24,000 nucleotides of DNA from Desulfoscipio geothermicus (lineage in GTDB: Bacteria > Bacillota > Desulfotomaculia > Desulfotomaculales > Desulfallaceae). Shown piece after piece: positions 1 to 8,513 of this stretch. Location: contig JAENYF010000003.1 in NCBI GenBank assembly GCA_016841905.1, positions 1 through 24,000 of the forward strand, written 5' to 3'. Made by a program: the position numbers and the translations under genes. The notes under the pieces were generated by a model. That model worked only from the letters and a program-made list of their open reading frames with translations. It did no database searches and was not told where the DNA came from. Every line of letters begins with the position of its first letter. The stretch's first letter is position 1.

Positions 1-765
1 GGCGACCTGGCCGGCTTCGTGGCAGCTACCTACATGAGGGGCGTACCCTTTGTGCAGCTGCCCACCACGCTGCTGGCCCAGGTGGACAGCAGCGTGGGGG
101 GCAAGGTAGCCGTAAACCACCCGCGGGGCAAAAACATTATCGGGGCCTTCTACCAGCCGTCGCTGGTGATTGCGGACACGGATACACTGTCCACCTTAAA
201 CAACCGGGAACTGCGCTCCGGCCTGGCCGAAGTGATTAAATACGGTATCATCGGCGATGAGCAATTTTTCACCTGGTTGGAGCAAAACCTGCCGCAGGTG
301 CTGACGCTGAAACCGGAAGCGCTGGCGCATGTTATCGTGCAATCCTGCAGCAATAAAGCCCGGGTGGTAGAAGAGGACGAAACCGAACAGGGCGATCGGG
401 CGCTGTTAAACCTTGGCCACACCACGGGCCACGCCATCGAGGCTTTAGCCGGCTTCGGGCGTTACACCCACGGCGAAGCGGTGGCCATGGGCACTGCTGT
501 GGCAGCGAAGCTGGGAGTGCAGCTGGGCAGGCTCAACCGGGCTGCGGCGGATAGAATCACCATCCTGCTGCGCCAGGCCGGTCTGCCCACCACTGTGCCG
601 GCGGAGCTGGCCGGAGCAGACCTGGTCGCAGCCATGCACGGGGATAAAAAGACCGTTGGCGGCGCAATAACGTTTATTCTTCCGGTGGACATAGGCCGGG
701 CGGTTATCCACCCCAATACAGCGGAGGAACACATCAGCCGGGCTATTGAGGCAGCACGAAACTAA
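1..765 (+). CDS. aroB: 3-dehydroquinate synthase, C-terminal part (5' end outside window)
   Basis: The frame is open from base 1 (GDLAGF precedes the first codon of the ORF-track entry). It carries AroB-type motifs GDLAGFVAATYMRG, PTTLLAQVDSSVGGK, GKNIIGAFYQP, LNLGHTTGHAIE and HGEAVAMG. Stop TAA is at 763-765. Confidence 0.9.
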   Translation, partial: GDLAGFVAATYMRGVPFVQLPTTLLAQVDSSVGGKVAVNHPRGKNIIGAFYQPSLVIADTDTLSTLNNRELRSGLAEVIKYGIIGDEQFFTWLEQNLPQVLTLKPEALAHVIVQSCSNKARVVEEDETEQGDRALLNLGHTTGHAIEALAGFGRYTHGEAVAMGTAVAAKLGVQLGRLNRAAADRITILLRQAGLPTTVPAELAGADLVAAMHGDKKTVGGAITFILPVDIGRAVIHPNTAEEHISRAIEAARN

Positions 766-777
766 CTTAACGGGGTA

Positions 778-806
778 AAGCAGCGTAACTAAGTCGCTGC
801 TTTTTT
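778..806 (+). terminator. Rho-independent terminator after aroB
   Basis: Stem GCAGCG (780-785) pairs with CGCTGC (795-800) around a 9-nt loop, followed by TTTTTT (801-806). It lies 13 nt after the aroB stop. Confidence 0.6.
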
Positions 807-864
807 ATACTTTGGGAAATTATGCTCGCCATATTTATGGCAAGCGCTAAGGAATAAATTACTG

Positions 865-911
865 AAAAGCGCGCGCAGAGGAAACCGAATGAGCGCGCTT
901 TTCTTGTTTTT
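865..911. terminator. Second, bidirectional-looking terminator hairpin
   Basis: AAAAGCGCGC (865-874) pairs perfectly with GCGCGCTTTT (893-902) around an 18-nt loop, with a T-rich tail to 911. An A-tract upstream and a T-tract downstream make it symmetric. Confidence 0.4.
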
Positions 912-1004
912 ACGTTTGGGCGTGAGAAAAAGGCAGAACGGATTTTTATACTGGCTTAACTAATGCAAAACATGGCTTATTTTAAATTTATTTTTGTAAA
1001 TACC

Positions 1005-1033
1005 TTGTTATTAATTAGATTTGTTCTTATAAT
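1005..1033 (+). promoter_or_regulatory. Candidate sigma-A promoter of the pilus operon
   Basis: TTGTTA (1005-1010), a 17-bp spacer, then TATAAT (1028-1033), about 105 nt upstream of pilB in an AT-rich gap. Sequence match only. Confidence 0.3.
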
Positions 1034-1142
1034 TTATCTTAATTGGTTAGAATGTGTAACTTAAAGCTCGAACATTGTTTAGCCAGTTAAATAAATAGGT
1101 TAAATGGCTGCCAACTTGATATTAACATGAGGTTAATTGGTT

Positions 1143-2828
1143 ATGATGAACGGGCAAACAAAAAACTTGCTGGGTACCTGGCTGGTTAAAGAGGGCGTTA
1201 TTACCCAGGAACAGCTGGACCGGGCGCTGGAGAAACAAAAAATAAGCCAAGACAAAGAAGACAGCCTGGGTAGAATACTAGTCCGCGACGGGCATTGCAC
1301 TGAAGAGGACATTGCCAGAATAACTGCCAAGAGATCGGGTGCTCCTTATATTTCTCTGGATAATGTAACCATAGACCCCGCAGCCGTAGCAACGCTGCCT
1401 GTGGCAGCCTTGAAAAGATATAGAGCTCTTCCTGTAGCCTTTAACGGGGACAAGCTTACGGTGGCCATGAAGTATCCCAATAACCTCATGGCTATTGATG
1501 ATTTGCGAATAATGACCGGCTTTGATATTAAACCTGTGGTAGTGCCTGACAGCGAGCTGGAGGCGTCTATCGACAAATATAGCCGGGTGGGCATGGATTT
1601 TGAGTACCTCAACGAGGGAGAACAGCAGGAAGAGAATATTAACATAGACTCTGATGAACAGGAATCTAAGCCGGCTGTTCAAATTGCCCATATGATTTTG
1701 GCCCAGGCTGTGGGTTCCAAAGCCAGCGATATACATATTGAACCCTATGAAACCCACTTGCGGGTGCGTTTTCGGATTGACGGGGTACTGCATGATATGA
1801 TGCAGCTGCCCCGTAAAATACATGCGTCTCTGGTTTCACGCATAAAAATCATGGCCAACATGAATATTGCGGAGCGGCGCTTACCCCAGGACGGGCGTAT
1901 GTCTCTGAAAATAGAAGGCAAATCCATTGACGCCCGGGTGGCCTCGCTGCCGGCTAGCTTCGGCGAGAGACTGACCCTGCGGCTGCTTGATCGCTCGTCT
2001 AGAATCATTACCCTGGAAGAACTGGGCGTTGCCCCTGAAATATTGCAGAGGTATCGTGAAGCCTTAGCTATGCCATATGGATGTATACTGGTCACCGGCC
2101 CGACGGGCAGCGGTAAAAGCACTACGCTGTACGCCAGCCTGGCCACAGTGGACAAGGTGGCCAAGAATGTCATTACCGTCGAGGATCCTGTGGAGTACCG
2201 GATGGAAGGCGTAAACCAGGTACAGATTAATACCAGAGCCGGCCTTACCTTTGCTTCGGGACTTCGTTCTATACTGCGCAGCGACCCGGATATCATTATG
2301 GTGGGGGAGATCAGGGACCATGAAACAGCCAAACTGGCCATTGAGTCGGCCCTTACAGGTCACCTAGTTTTTTCTACTTTGCACACCAACGACGCGCCGG
2401 GCGCCGTAAGCCGCTTGACAGAAATGGGCATTGAGCCTTTCCTAATATCATCTTCGCTGGTATGCGTGCTGGCCCAGCGGTTGGTAAGGGTGCTGTGTCC
2501 CAACTGTAAACAATCTTATGAGATGGACCGGGCTCAGCTGGAGGCCATACCCGGCTTCCCCCTGGCCAAAAATGAAACCCGGGTCAAGTTATACCATCCG
2601 GCGGGCTGTATGCGTTGCAGTAATACCGGCTACAAAGGCCGAATAGGGGTATATGAACTGCTGTTTATTTCAGAAACCATCCAAAAAATGGCCCTGGAAC
2701 GTAAATCAGTTAACGAAATAAGAAAAACCGCTATTGCCGAGGGTATGGTAACTTTGCGCCAGGACGGCCTGAACAAAGTTAAAGAGGGTATTACGTCCCT
2801 GGAAGAAATAATGAGGGTGATCATATGA
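1143..2828 (+). CDS. pilB: Type IV pilus assembly (extension) ATPase PilB, GspE family
   Basis: It has an N-terminal T2SSE_N/MshEN-like domain, Walker A GPTGSGKST, VEDPVEY, Walker B IIMVGEIRD, His box TGHLVFSTLHTND and a tetracysteine CPNC...CMRC. The start is ambiguous (TTG 1137, ATG 1143 or ATG 1146), with GAGG at 1129-1132. Confidence 0.93.
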   Translation: MMNGQTKNLLGTWLVKEGVITQEQLDRALEKQKISQDKEDSLGRILVRDGHCTEEDIARITAKRSGAPYISLDNVTIDPAAVATLPVAALKRYRALPVAFNGDKLTVAMKYPNNLMAIDDLRIMTGFDIKPVVVPDSELEASIDKYSRVGMDFEYLNEGEQQEENINIDSDEQESKPAVQIAHMILAQAVGSKASDIHIEPYETHLRVRFRIDGVLHDMMQLPRKIHASLVSRIKIMANMNIAERRLPQDGRMSLKIEGKSIDARVASLPASFGERLTLRLLDRSSRIITLEELGVAPEILQRYREALAMPYGCILVTGPTGSGKSTTLYASLATVDKVAKNVITVEDPVEYRMEGVNQVQINTRAGLTFASGLRSILRSDPDIIMVGEIRDHETAKLAIESALTGHLVFSTLHTNDAPGAVSRLTEMGIEPFLISSSLVCVLAQRLVRVLCPNCKQSYEMDRAQLEAIPGFPLAKNETRVKLYHPAGCMRCSNTGYKGRIGVYELLFISETIQKMALERKSVNEIRKTAIAEGMVTLRQDGLNKVKEGITSLEEIMRVII

Positions 2829-3913
2829 ACGAGCAGCAATTGCCTGACTTGAACAACATCTTGGCCCAAACCGTGGAAATGAAGGGTTCGGACCTGCATA
2901 TTAATGCCGGCGTGTGTCCTGTGGTACGGGTAAACGGGGAACTAGAGCAAATGATAGATTTGCCCCGGCTTACACCCCAGGATATTGAAGACATGGTTTA
3001 TCCAATCCTGAGTCCCAACCAAAGGGAAATGCTTGATAAAGAACTGGAACTGGATTTTTCTTATTCCATACCGGGAGTAAGTCGCTTTCGAGGCAATATC
3101 ATGTGGCAGCGCGGGTCACTGGCGGTGAACTTCCGGGTGGTGGCCGTGAATATTCCCCGTTTTGAAGACCTGGGTCTACCCCCCGCGGTTATAGACCTGT
3201 CCAGGCTGCCCCGCGGGTTGGTACTGGTTACCGGTGCTACCGGCAGTGGCAAGTCCACCACCCTGGCGGCAATTATTAACATGATTAATGAAGAGCGCGC
3301 CCTCAATATCGTCACTGTGGAAGATCCCATTGAATTTTTGCACAGCCACAAGAAATCCATCATTAAACAGCGGGAAGTGGGCAGTGATACCCACTCCTTC
3401 GCGGCTGCACTGCGGCATGTGTTGCGTCATGATCCGGATGTTATCTTAATCGGTGAAATGCGGGACACCGAAAGCATTGCCATAGCCCTCACCGCTGCCG
3501 AAACCGGTCACCTGGTTTTTTCCACCCTGCACACTCAGACTGCCTCGCTGGCCATCCACCGTATTATTGACGTGTTTCCGGAGGGCATGCGCAGCCAGAT
3601 CAGGCAGCAGCTGGCCGACTCCCTGCAGGGCGTGATAGCCCAGCAGCTGGTGCCCAGGACCGACGGGAAGGGCAGAATAGCTGCCATAGAGCTGCTGCTT
3701 ACTAACCCGGCGGTCAAGAATTTGGTTCGCGAAGGTAAGGAACACCAGCTTTACACAGTCATGCAAACCGGCCGCAAAATAGGGATGCAGACAATGGATC
3801 AAGCCCTAGCCAATTTATGTATTACGGGTCTGATATCAAGGGATATGGCACTGGCCCGTGCCGTTGATAAAGTTGAATTGGAACGTGCTCTGCGTAGAAC
3901 TTCGATCAATTAA
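2825..3913 (+). CDS. pilT: Type IV pilus retraction ATPase PilT
   Basis: 362 aa with no GspE_N domain. Motifs are GATGSGKST, VEDPIEF, ILIGEMRD, TGHLVFSTLHT and AVKNLVREGK (the PilT AIRNLIREGK signature). The ATG overlaps the pilB stop (ATGA). Confidence 0.93.
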   Translation: MNEQQLPDLNNILAQTVEMKGSDLHINAGVCPVVRVNGELEQMIDLPRLTPQDIEDMVYPILSPNQREMLDKELELDFSYSIPGVSRFRGNIMWQRGSLAVNFRVVAVNIPRFEDLGLPPAVIDLSRLPRGLVLVTGATGSGKSTTLAAIINMINEERALNIVTVEDPIEFLHSHKKSIIKQREVGSDTHSFAAALRHVLRHDPDVILIGEMRDTESIAIALTAAETGHLVFSTLHTQTASLAIHRIIDVFPEGMRSQIRQQLADSLQGVIAQQLVPRTDGKGRIAAIELLLTNPAVKNLVREGKEHQLYTVMQTGRKIGMQTMDQALANLCITGLISRDMALARAVDKVELERALRRTSIN

Positions 3914-3938
3914 CTTGACACCTGAGGTGGGTTTTTTT

Positions 3939-5147
3939 ATGCCATTATTTGCTTACCAGGCTATAGATAAATCCGGCCTGCCTGTAGATGGTAAACTGGA
4001 GGCCGAGCATGAGTTTTCAGCTATCTCCAAGCTACAGAAAATGGGCTATACCATACTTGAAGTAGAGGAGGCAAAAGAATCAAGTTTTAGCAAGGCTTTT
4101 ACCCTGCAGCGCAAAGTTAAAATCGGTGATTTAAGCTTTTTTAGCCGCCAGCTGGCTGCTATGCTCGTCGCAGGCATTCCCCTGACCCGCTGTTTATACA
4201 CACTGCATGAACAAACCAAACACCCCGTTTTGAAACGGACTGTAGGGGAAGTGGCCCGCAGCGTGGAAGGTGGCATGAGCCTATCCGAGTCTCTCAGCGC
4301 CCACCCGGGTATTTTTTCATCCATGTATATAGATATGGTCAAGGCGGGTGAAATGGGCGGCATGATCGAGGAAATGCTTAAGCGCCTCTCCGAGCAGCTG
4401 GACCGGGACAAAAGCCTGCGGGATAATATTCGTTCCGCCACCATGTACCCTATCATGGTTATGATATTCGCTGTTTGCGTGGTACTGGCGATGATGTTTT
4501 TTATTGTACCCATATTTATTGGCTTTTTCCCCAAAGACGTGCCGCTGCCCCTGCCGACTCAAGTAGTCATGGGTATAAGTAATTCCCTGCGCGGTTACTG
4601 GTATTTATACATACTTGCTTTTAGCCTGGCCACCGTGGGACTGCGTTTATACCTGTCCAGCCCCGGTGGTAAAAAAACTTTGGATATATTGAAATTCAGG
4701 GTACCGGTATTTGGTGAGCTGATGAAGAAAGCCACTGTTGCCCGCTTTGCCCGTACATTATCAACTCTATTAGGTGGCGGTATTCCCGTGCTGCAAGCCC
4801 TGGAAGCCGCCGGTCCGGCGTCCGGCAGCATGCAGGTTGCCGATGCGGTTAAGCAGACAGGTGCAAGTATACTGGAGGGTCAGGGCATTGCCGGTCCTTT
4901 GAAAGTGAGCGGTTTATTTCCGCCCATGCTGGTCAACATGGTGGCGGTAGGGGAAGAAACCGGGCAACTCCCTACGCTGCTGGGCCGCGTGGCCGAGTTT
5001 TACGAGGAAGAGGTAGCCACCATGACCAAAGGTTTAACAGCCATGCTCGAGCCTTTGATGCTTATATTTATCGGATGTATCGTCGGGGCAATCCTCATAT
5101 CTATATATCTGCCAATATTTACAGTGGTAACATCAATGGGAGGTTGA
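3939..5147 (+). CDS. pilC: Type IV pilus platform protein PilC (GspF family)
   Basis: Two T2SSF repeats (FSRQLAAMLVAGIPL... and FARTLSTLLGGGIPVLQAL...) and hydrophobic TM segments. I moved the start to ATG 3939, behind GAGGTGG (3924-3930), because the ORF-track 5' extension overlaps the pilT end. Confidence 0.92.
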   Translation: MPLFAYQAIDKSGLPVDGKLEAEHEFSAISKLQKMGYTILEVEEAKESSFSKAFTLQRKVKIGDLSFFSRQLAAMLVAGIPLTRCLYTLHEQTKHPVLKRTVGEVARSVEGGMSLSESLSAHPGIFSSMYIDMVKAGEMGGMIEEMLKRLSEQLDRDKSLRDNIRSATMYPIMVMIFAVCVVLAMMFFIVPIFIGFFPKDVPLPLPTQVVMGISNSLRGYWYLYILAFSLATVGLRLYLSSPGGKKTLDILKFRVPVFGELMKKATVARFARTLSTLLGGGIPVLQALEAAGPASGSMQVADAVKQTGASILEGQGIAGPLKVSGLFPPMLVNMVAVGEETGQLPTLLGRVAEFYEEEVATMTKGLTAMLEPLMLIFIGCIVGAILISIYLPIFTVVTSMGG

Positions 5148-5150
5148 GAA

Positions 5151-5753
5151 TTGGAACCGGATCAGATTGCGGAGCATATAGCCGCCTATAGAGCAACCCG
5201 GAATGAAGAACAGTTGGCCCGGGTAGTGCAATACGGCAGCAAGCTGGTGTATCACTTCGCTAATCTTTATGCCAGGGGCAGTGTTAGGGACGACCTGGTC
5301 CAGGCTGGTTTTGAAGGACTGCTCAAGGCCATCAAACGTTTCGACCATAAACGGGGGATTGCTTTTAGTACCTACGCCAGCCACTGTATTTTAGGTGAAA
5401 TAAAACATTATATACGCCAGGAAATTTCTATGAATATACATGCAGATGAAACAAAAGCGACCTGGCTAATACTTGCTGACCGGTTGCCCCGCGTTGATAT
5501 TGGGCAAGGTGGCTTGGCTAATGACCATGATTTAGATGATCGCATTGCCGTAAAAGAAGCAATAGGGGGGTTAAATCAACTGCAGCGCAAAGTTATTTAC
5601 CTCCTGTTTTACCTGGGCTTGCCCCAGGTGCAGGCTGCTCAGCGGTTGGGCATCAGCCAGCGCCAGGTTTCACGTGTTTTGCATGAAAGTTTGAACCAAA
5701 TGGCCCGGTTATTACATGACGGAGAAGGAAAACAGGGAGATGGTTCGTTTTGA
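5151..5753 (+). CDS. Sigma-70 family sigma factor, SigF/SigB/SigG-like (group 3-like) with a shortened region 3
   Basis: Region 2 is DDLVQAGFEGLLKAIKRFDHKRGIAFSTYASHCILGEIKHYIRQE. Region 4.2 is an HTH, QVQAAQRLGISQRQVSRVLHESLNQM. The TTG start lies 7 nt after GGGAGG (5138-5143) and 3 nt after the pilC stop. Its stop overlaps the pilM start (TTGA). Confidence 0.8.
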   Translation: MEPDQIAEHIAAYRATRNEEQLARVVQYGSKLVYHFANLYARGSVRDDLVQAGFEGLLKAIKRFDHKRGIAFSTYASHCILGEIKHYIRQEISMNIHADETKATWLILADRLPRVDIGQGGLANDHDLDDRIAVKEAIGGLNQLQRKVIYLLFYLGLPQVQAAQRLGISQRQVSRVLHESLNQMARLLHDGEGKQGDGSF

Positions 5754-6772
5754 GGCTTTTTAAACCGTCCGGCGCCGTAGGATTGGAATTGGATAACGAA
5801 GTAATCAGGGTGATCGAATTAAACGGTACCGGTAATAAGGCCCAACTGGTATCAGCCGGGCAGGTAGAGATTCCCGGAGGCGCGGTGCAGGAGGGTGTAG
5901 TTAAGGATGTGCAGCTGGTGGCCGATGCGCTAAAAGAATTATGGGCCAAAACGGACATTGACCAGCGTGAAGTGGTAATGGGTGTCGCCAACCAGGGCCT
6001 AATGATGCGCCTCGCTACATTCCCCAAAATCGCCGCGGACAAGCTGGCTAAAGCTTTGCGATTTCAAGTAGATGAATACTTCCCCATACCCCTGACCGAA
6101 CTGGTTTTCGATTTTGCCGTGGTAGGCGAAATCGACGGGGACAAAGGCCCGCAGTTAGAGATACTGCTGGTAGCCATTCGAAAGGACCTGCTATATAACA
6201 GTCTGGATGCTCTGAACGCCGCATCCTTGATTCCGAGAGTGGTGGACGCTTCCCCCCTGGCTTTAATGAGAACTATTGACCAGGATGTTTCAGCGTCGAA
6301 TATGGTTCTAGCGGATATATCCAACGATTTGATTACCCTGCTCCTGGTTGGCGGGGGAGTGCCCCGTTTTGCCAGGGTGGTGCCTCATGCGCAGGTCACA
6401 CAAACCGCCGGCCAGCTAATTTCGTTAGAAAAAACAACTGAACAGCAGGTGGCCGCCACTATGGATGAGGATAACCAGACTCGACCCGGCACCTGGTTTG
6501 ACGGCCTGGCCGGTGATATAAGTTCAACAATTACCTATTACATGGCTCAGGGCCAGGCAGCTGTGGTGGATAAAGTGATTGTCAGCGGCAGGGGCTCGTC
6601 TGTGCAGGGGCTTGTTGAGTATTTGCAGGCAGACTTGGAACTGCCCGTGGAAGTTATTAATCCCCTGACTAATTTGCACGGGCCGGTGCAGGCCGGGGAT
6701 GTTAACCTGCACCGGTATGGCCCCGAGTATGCCGTCAGTATTGGGCTGGCCCTGCGAGGCTTGGAGAAATAA
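5750..6772 (+). CDS. pilM: Type IV pilus assembly protein PilM (actin-like ATPase fold)
   Basis: N-terminus is xxAVGLELDNEVIRVIEL. It also has ALRFQVDEYFPIPLTELVFDF and SPLALMR, with a C-terminal YAVSIGLALRG. The TTG start is coupled to the sigma gene. Confidence 0.88.
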   Translation: MRLFKPSGAVGLELDNEVIRVIELNGTGNKAQLVSAGQVEIPGGAVQEGVVKDVQLVADALKELWAKTDIDQREVVMGVANQGLMMRLATFPKIAADKLAKALRFQVDEYFPIPLTELVFDFAVVGEIDGDKGPQLEILLVAIRKDLLYNSLDALNAASLIPRVVDASPLALMRTIDQDVSASNMVLADISNDLITLLLVGGGVPRFARVVPHAQVTQTAGQLISLEKTTEQQVAATMDEDNQTRPGTWFDGLAGDISSTITYYMAQGQAAVVDKVIVSGRGSSVQGLVEYLQADLELPVEVINPLTNLHGPVQAGDVNLHRYGPEYAVSIGLALRGLEK

Positions 6773-6774
6773 AC

Positions 6775-7437
6775 ATGAATGTAAGCATAAATTTAACTCC
6801 TCTGGAAATTAAACTGCGGCAGGAACAGCAGCGCAGGCGCCGCATGTTATTAACCATCGGGGGCTTTACTTTGGTATTCCTGCTGGGCATTTACTGCGCG
6901 CTGCTGGCCGCCACGTTACATATGCGGGCGGAGATAAACCAGCTGTCTGAACAAAGACAGGCTATGGAAAGTGAGATTCCCGCCCTTGCACCATACGCCC
7001 GGCAGCAGGCTTTAGTACATCAAACGGAATCAATCATTAAACAAGCGGTTGGTGAACCGCTTGACTGGGCAGGCATGCTGTCCGATACCGGACGGTACAT
7101 ACCACAGAACGTTTGGCTTACAAACTTTTCAGCTGTTTGCAAACCGGGTAACGATGCTAAGCAGCCTGCTCAAGGCAGTGGACAGGCCGAGCCTGGTACC
7201 CAGCAAAGCCCCGCATCCGTCGGTGAGATAACTATCCAGGGTTACGCCACAGATCATGCTTCGGTGGCCAAATGGCTGGAGGATATGTGCCAAGTATCCG
7301 GCTTAAGCGGCATAACCTGTCAGTTTTCCTCCGAAAAATCACTGGACGGGGAAGCGGCTGTCTATTTTGAAATAAAAGCCGATATTATACAGGACGTTTC
7401 CGAGCAAAATCAAGCGTCAAAGGAGGGCGGCAGTTGA
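6775..7437 (+). CDS. pilN: Type IV pilus assembly protein PilN
   Basis: INLTP motif, an R-rich stretch, a single TM segment, a coiled coil and a periplasmic-type core. The ATG lies 2 nt after the pilM stop. Confidence 0.75.
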   Translation: MNVSINLTPLEIKLRQEQQRRRRMLLTIGGFTLVFLLGIYCALLAATLHMRAEINQLSEQRQAMESEIPALAPYARQQALVHQTESIIKQAVGEPLDWAGMLSDTGRYIPQNVWLTNFSAVCKPGNDAKQPAQGSGQAEPGTQQSPASVGEITIQGYATDHASVAKWLEDMCQVSGLSGITCQFSSEKSLDGEAAVYFEIKADIIQDVSEQNQASKEGGS

Positions 7438-7970
7438 TGGACAAAAAGCTCTCCGGCAATAATACCCTGCTGGTTGCCCTGGGCGTTATAGCCCTCTTAC
7501 TATTACTATTTTTATTTTATGCCCAATTGGGCGCGCTAAAAGAGGCCCGTGTGGCGCTGCAGCAAGAACAACAGGCTTTTGATCTGGCCCAAAACAGGCT
7601 GCAGGAACTGCTGCAGATACGGGATCAGGCCGTCTACTTCGAGGATCAGGCCGAAAGCATGGAAAGATTGCTGCCCACTGAGCCTGAAGAGGATCTACTG
7701 ATGCTGGACATCGACACCATTTGCCAAGATGCCGGCGTGGAACTAAAACAAATCCGATTTGAAAAACGGGTTGACCGGAAGGATTATACGGAAATGCCCC
7801 TTAAAATGACTTTTGAAGGCGGTTACTACAGCATACTCAGCCTGCTCAATCAAATGCAGGAAGGGCCGCGCGCCCTGCGGCTGGATGAAGTTAAAGTCGT
7901 CCAAGGCGGCCAGAATCAGAGCGGTTTGAAAGCGGATATCACAGCCAGCGCTTTTTATGCCGCCCGCTAA
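7437..7970 (+). CDS. pilO: Type IV pilus assembly protein PilO
   Basis: N-terminal TM segment, a coiled coil (LQQEQQAFDLAQNRLQELL), then a ferredoxin-like core (YTEMPLKMTFEGGYYSILSLLNQM...LRLDEV). ATG 7437 (or TTG 7434) overlaps the pilN stop. AAGGAGGG is at 7420-7427. Confidence 0.7.
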   Translation: MDKKLSGNNTLLVALGVIALLLLLFLFYAQLGALKEARVALQQEQQAFDLAQNRLQELLQIRDQAVYFEDQAESMERLLPTEPEEDLLMLDIDTICQDAGVELKQIRFEKRVDRKDYTEMPLKMTFEGGYYSILSLLNQMQEGPRALRLDEVKVVQGGQNQSGLKADITASAFYAAR

Positions 7971-7997
7971 TGTTAACTCCGGAAGGAGCAGTATGAA

Positions 7998-8477
7998 ATG
8001 GCAAGCAAAATATCCAGGGAACAAATTGCCTCATTCATTGAGAAAAACAAAAAGGGTGTAATACTGGGCGGAGTTTTATTGGTTGTCGTCCTGGTTGGTC
8101 TGGTGCTACTTATTAAATTAAATTACGGTTCTACCGAGGAGGACCAGACCCAGCTGCCAAAGGTCGCGGCTGAAGATAAAGAGCAAAAGGTCTCCGCCGG
8201 TCCCGTTACCACCTATCTGCCGGAAACTAAGCGAAAAATAGAGGATACGGGCCCTGAGCCAAGGGACCCCTTTGCCAGGAATATGATTTTAAAAGGGGTT
8301 ATCGTGGGAGGCAATAGTAATCTGGCCATTATTGAATCGGGCGGCACTGCTTATATTGCCGGTGTGGGCGAAAAAATTTCCGGTGAATGGACGGTTGCCG
8401 AAATAACCGGAGATGTAGTGGTTTTACGATCAGGCACACAGACCATGCAGTTGGAATTCCACGGTAACGCCAAATAA
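7998..8477 (+). CDS. PilP-like / GspC-HR-like pilus assembly protein with an N-terminal TM anchor
   Basis: TM segment GVILGGVLLVVVLVGLVLLI and a charged linker, followed by RDPFARNMILKGVIVGGNSNLAIIESGGTAYIAGVGEKISGEWTVAEITGDVVVL. That is the DPF plus beta-sandwich pattern of PilP. GGAAGGAG lies 9 nt upstream. Confidence 0.5.
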   Translation: MASKISREQIASFIEKNKKGVILGGVLLVVVLVGLVLLIKLNYGSTEEDQTQLPKVAAEDKEQKVSAGPVTTYLPETKRKIEDTGPEPRDPFARNMILKGVIVGGNSNLAIIESGGTAYIAGVGEKISGEWTVAEITGDVVVLRSGTQTMQLEFHGNAK

Positions 8478-8513
8478 TGTGCGTCACACCGGGTGAAGGA
8501 GGGGGTTAGGACG

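Noticed and set aside
150-734. Three minus-strand ORFs (90-95 aa) inside aroB
   Set aside because: They are antisense to a clearly conserved AroB frame in GC-rich DNA. Their composition is Arg/Ser/Cys/Ala-rich and low-complexity, which is typical of spurious GC-driven open frames.
972-1067. 31-codon hydrophobic mini-ORF (MAYFKFIFVNTLLLIRFVLIIYLNWLECVT) upstream of pilB
   Set aside because: It has no Shine-Dalgarno sequence. It lies in AT-rich promoter DNA and overlaps the candidate -35/-10 elements. Its hydrophobicity is explained by T-richness.
781-1136. Possible c-di-GMP riboswitch in the pilB leader (also checked in the pilA leader, 9765-9878)
   Set aside because: I could not recognise GEMM-I/II conserved cores or the required paired elements. 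The pilA leader is only about 60 nt. The check was by eye only, and a cmscan against Rfam would settle it.
1133-5384. Many minus-strand and off-frame ORFs (60-198 aa) overlapping pilB, pilT and pilC
   Set aside because: All are nested in or antisense to strongly conserved ATPase and platform genes. None has a recognisable motif or RBS.
5151-5753. The embedded sigma factor as the missing SigB-type output of the downstream stressosome
   Set aside because: No rsbV/rsbW-type partner-switching genes are present, and the two loci are 14 kb apart. RsbT already has an obvious target, the RsbU_N domain of the cyclase. The idea stays only as a remote possibility.
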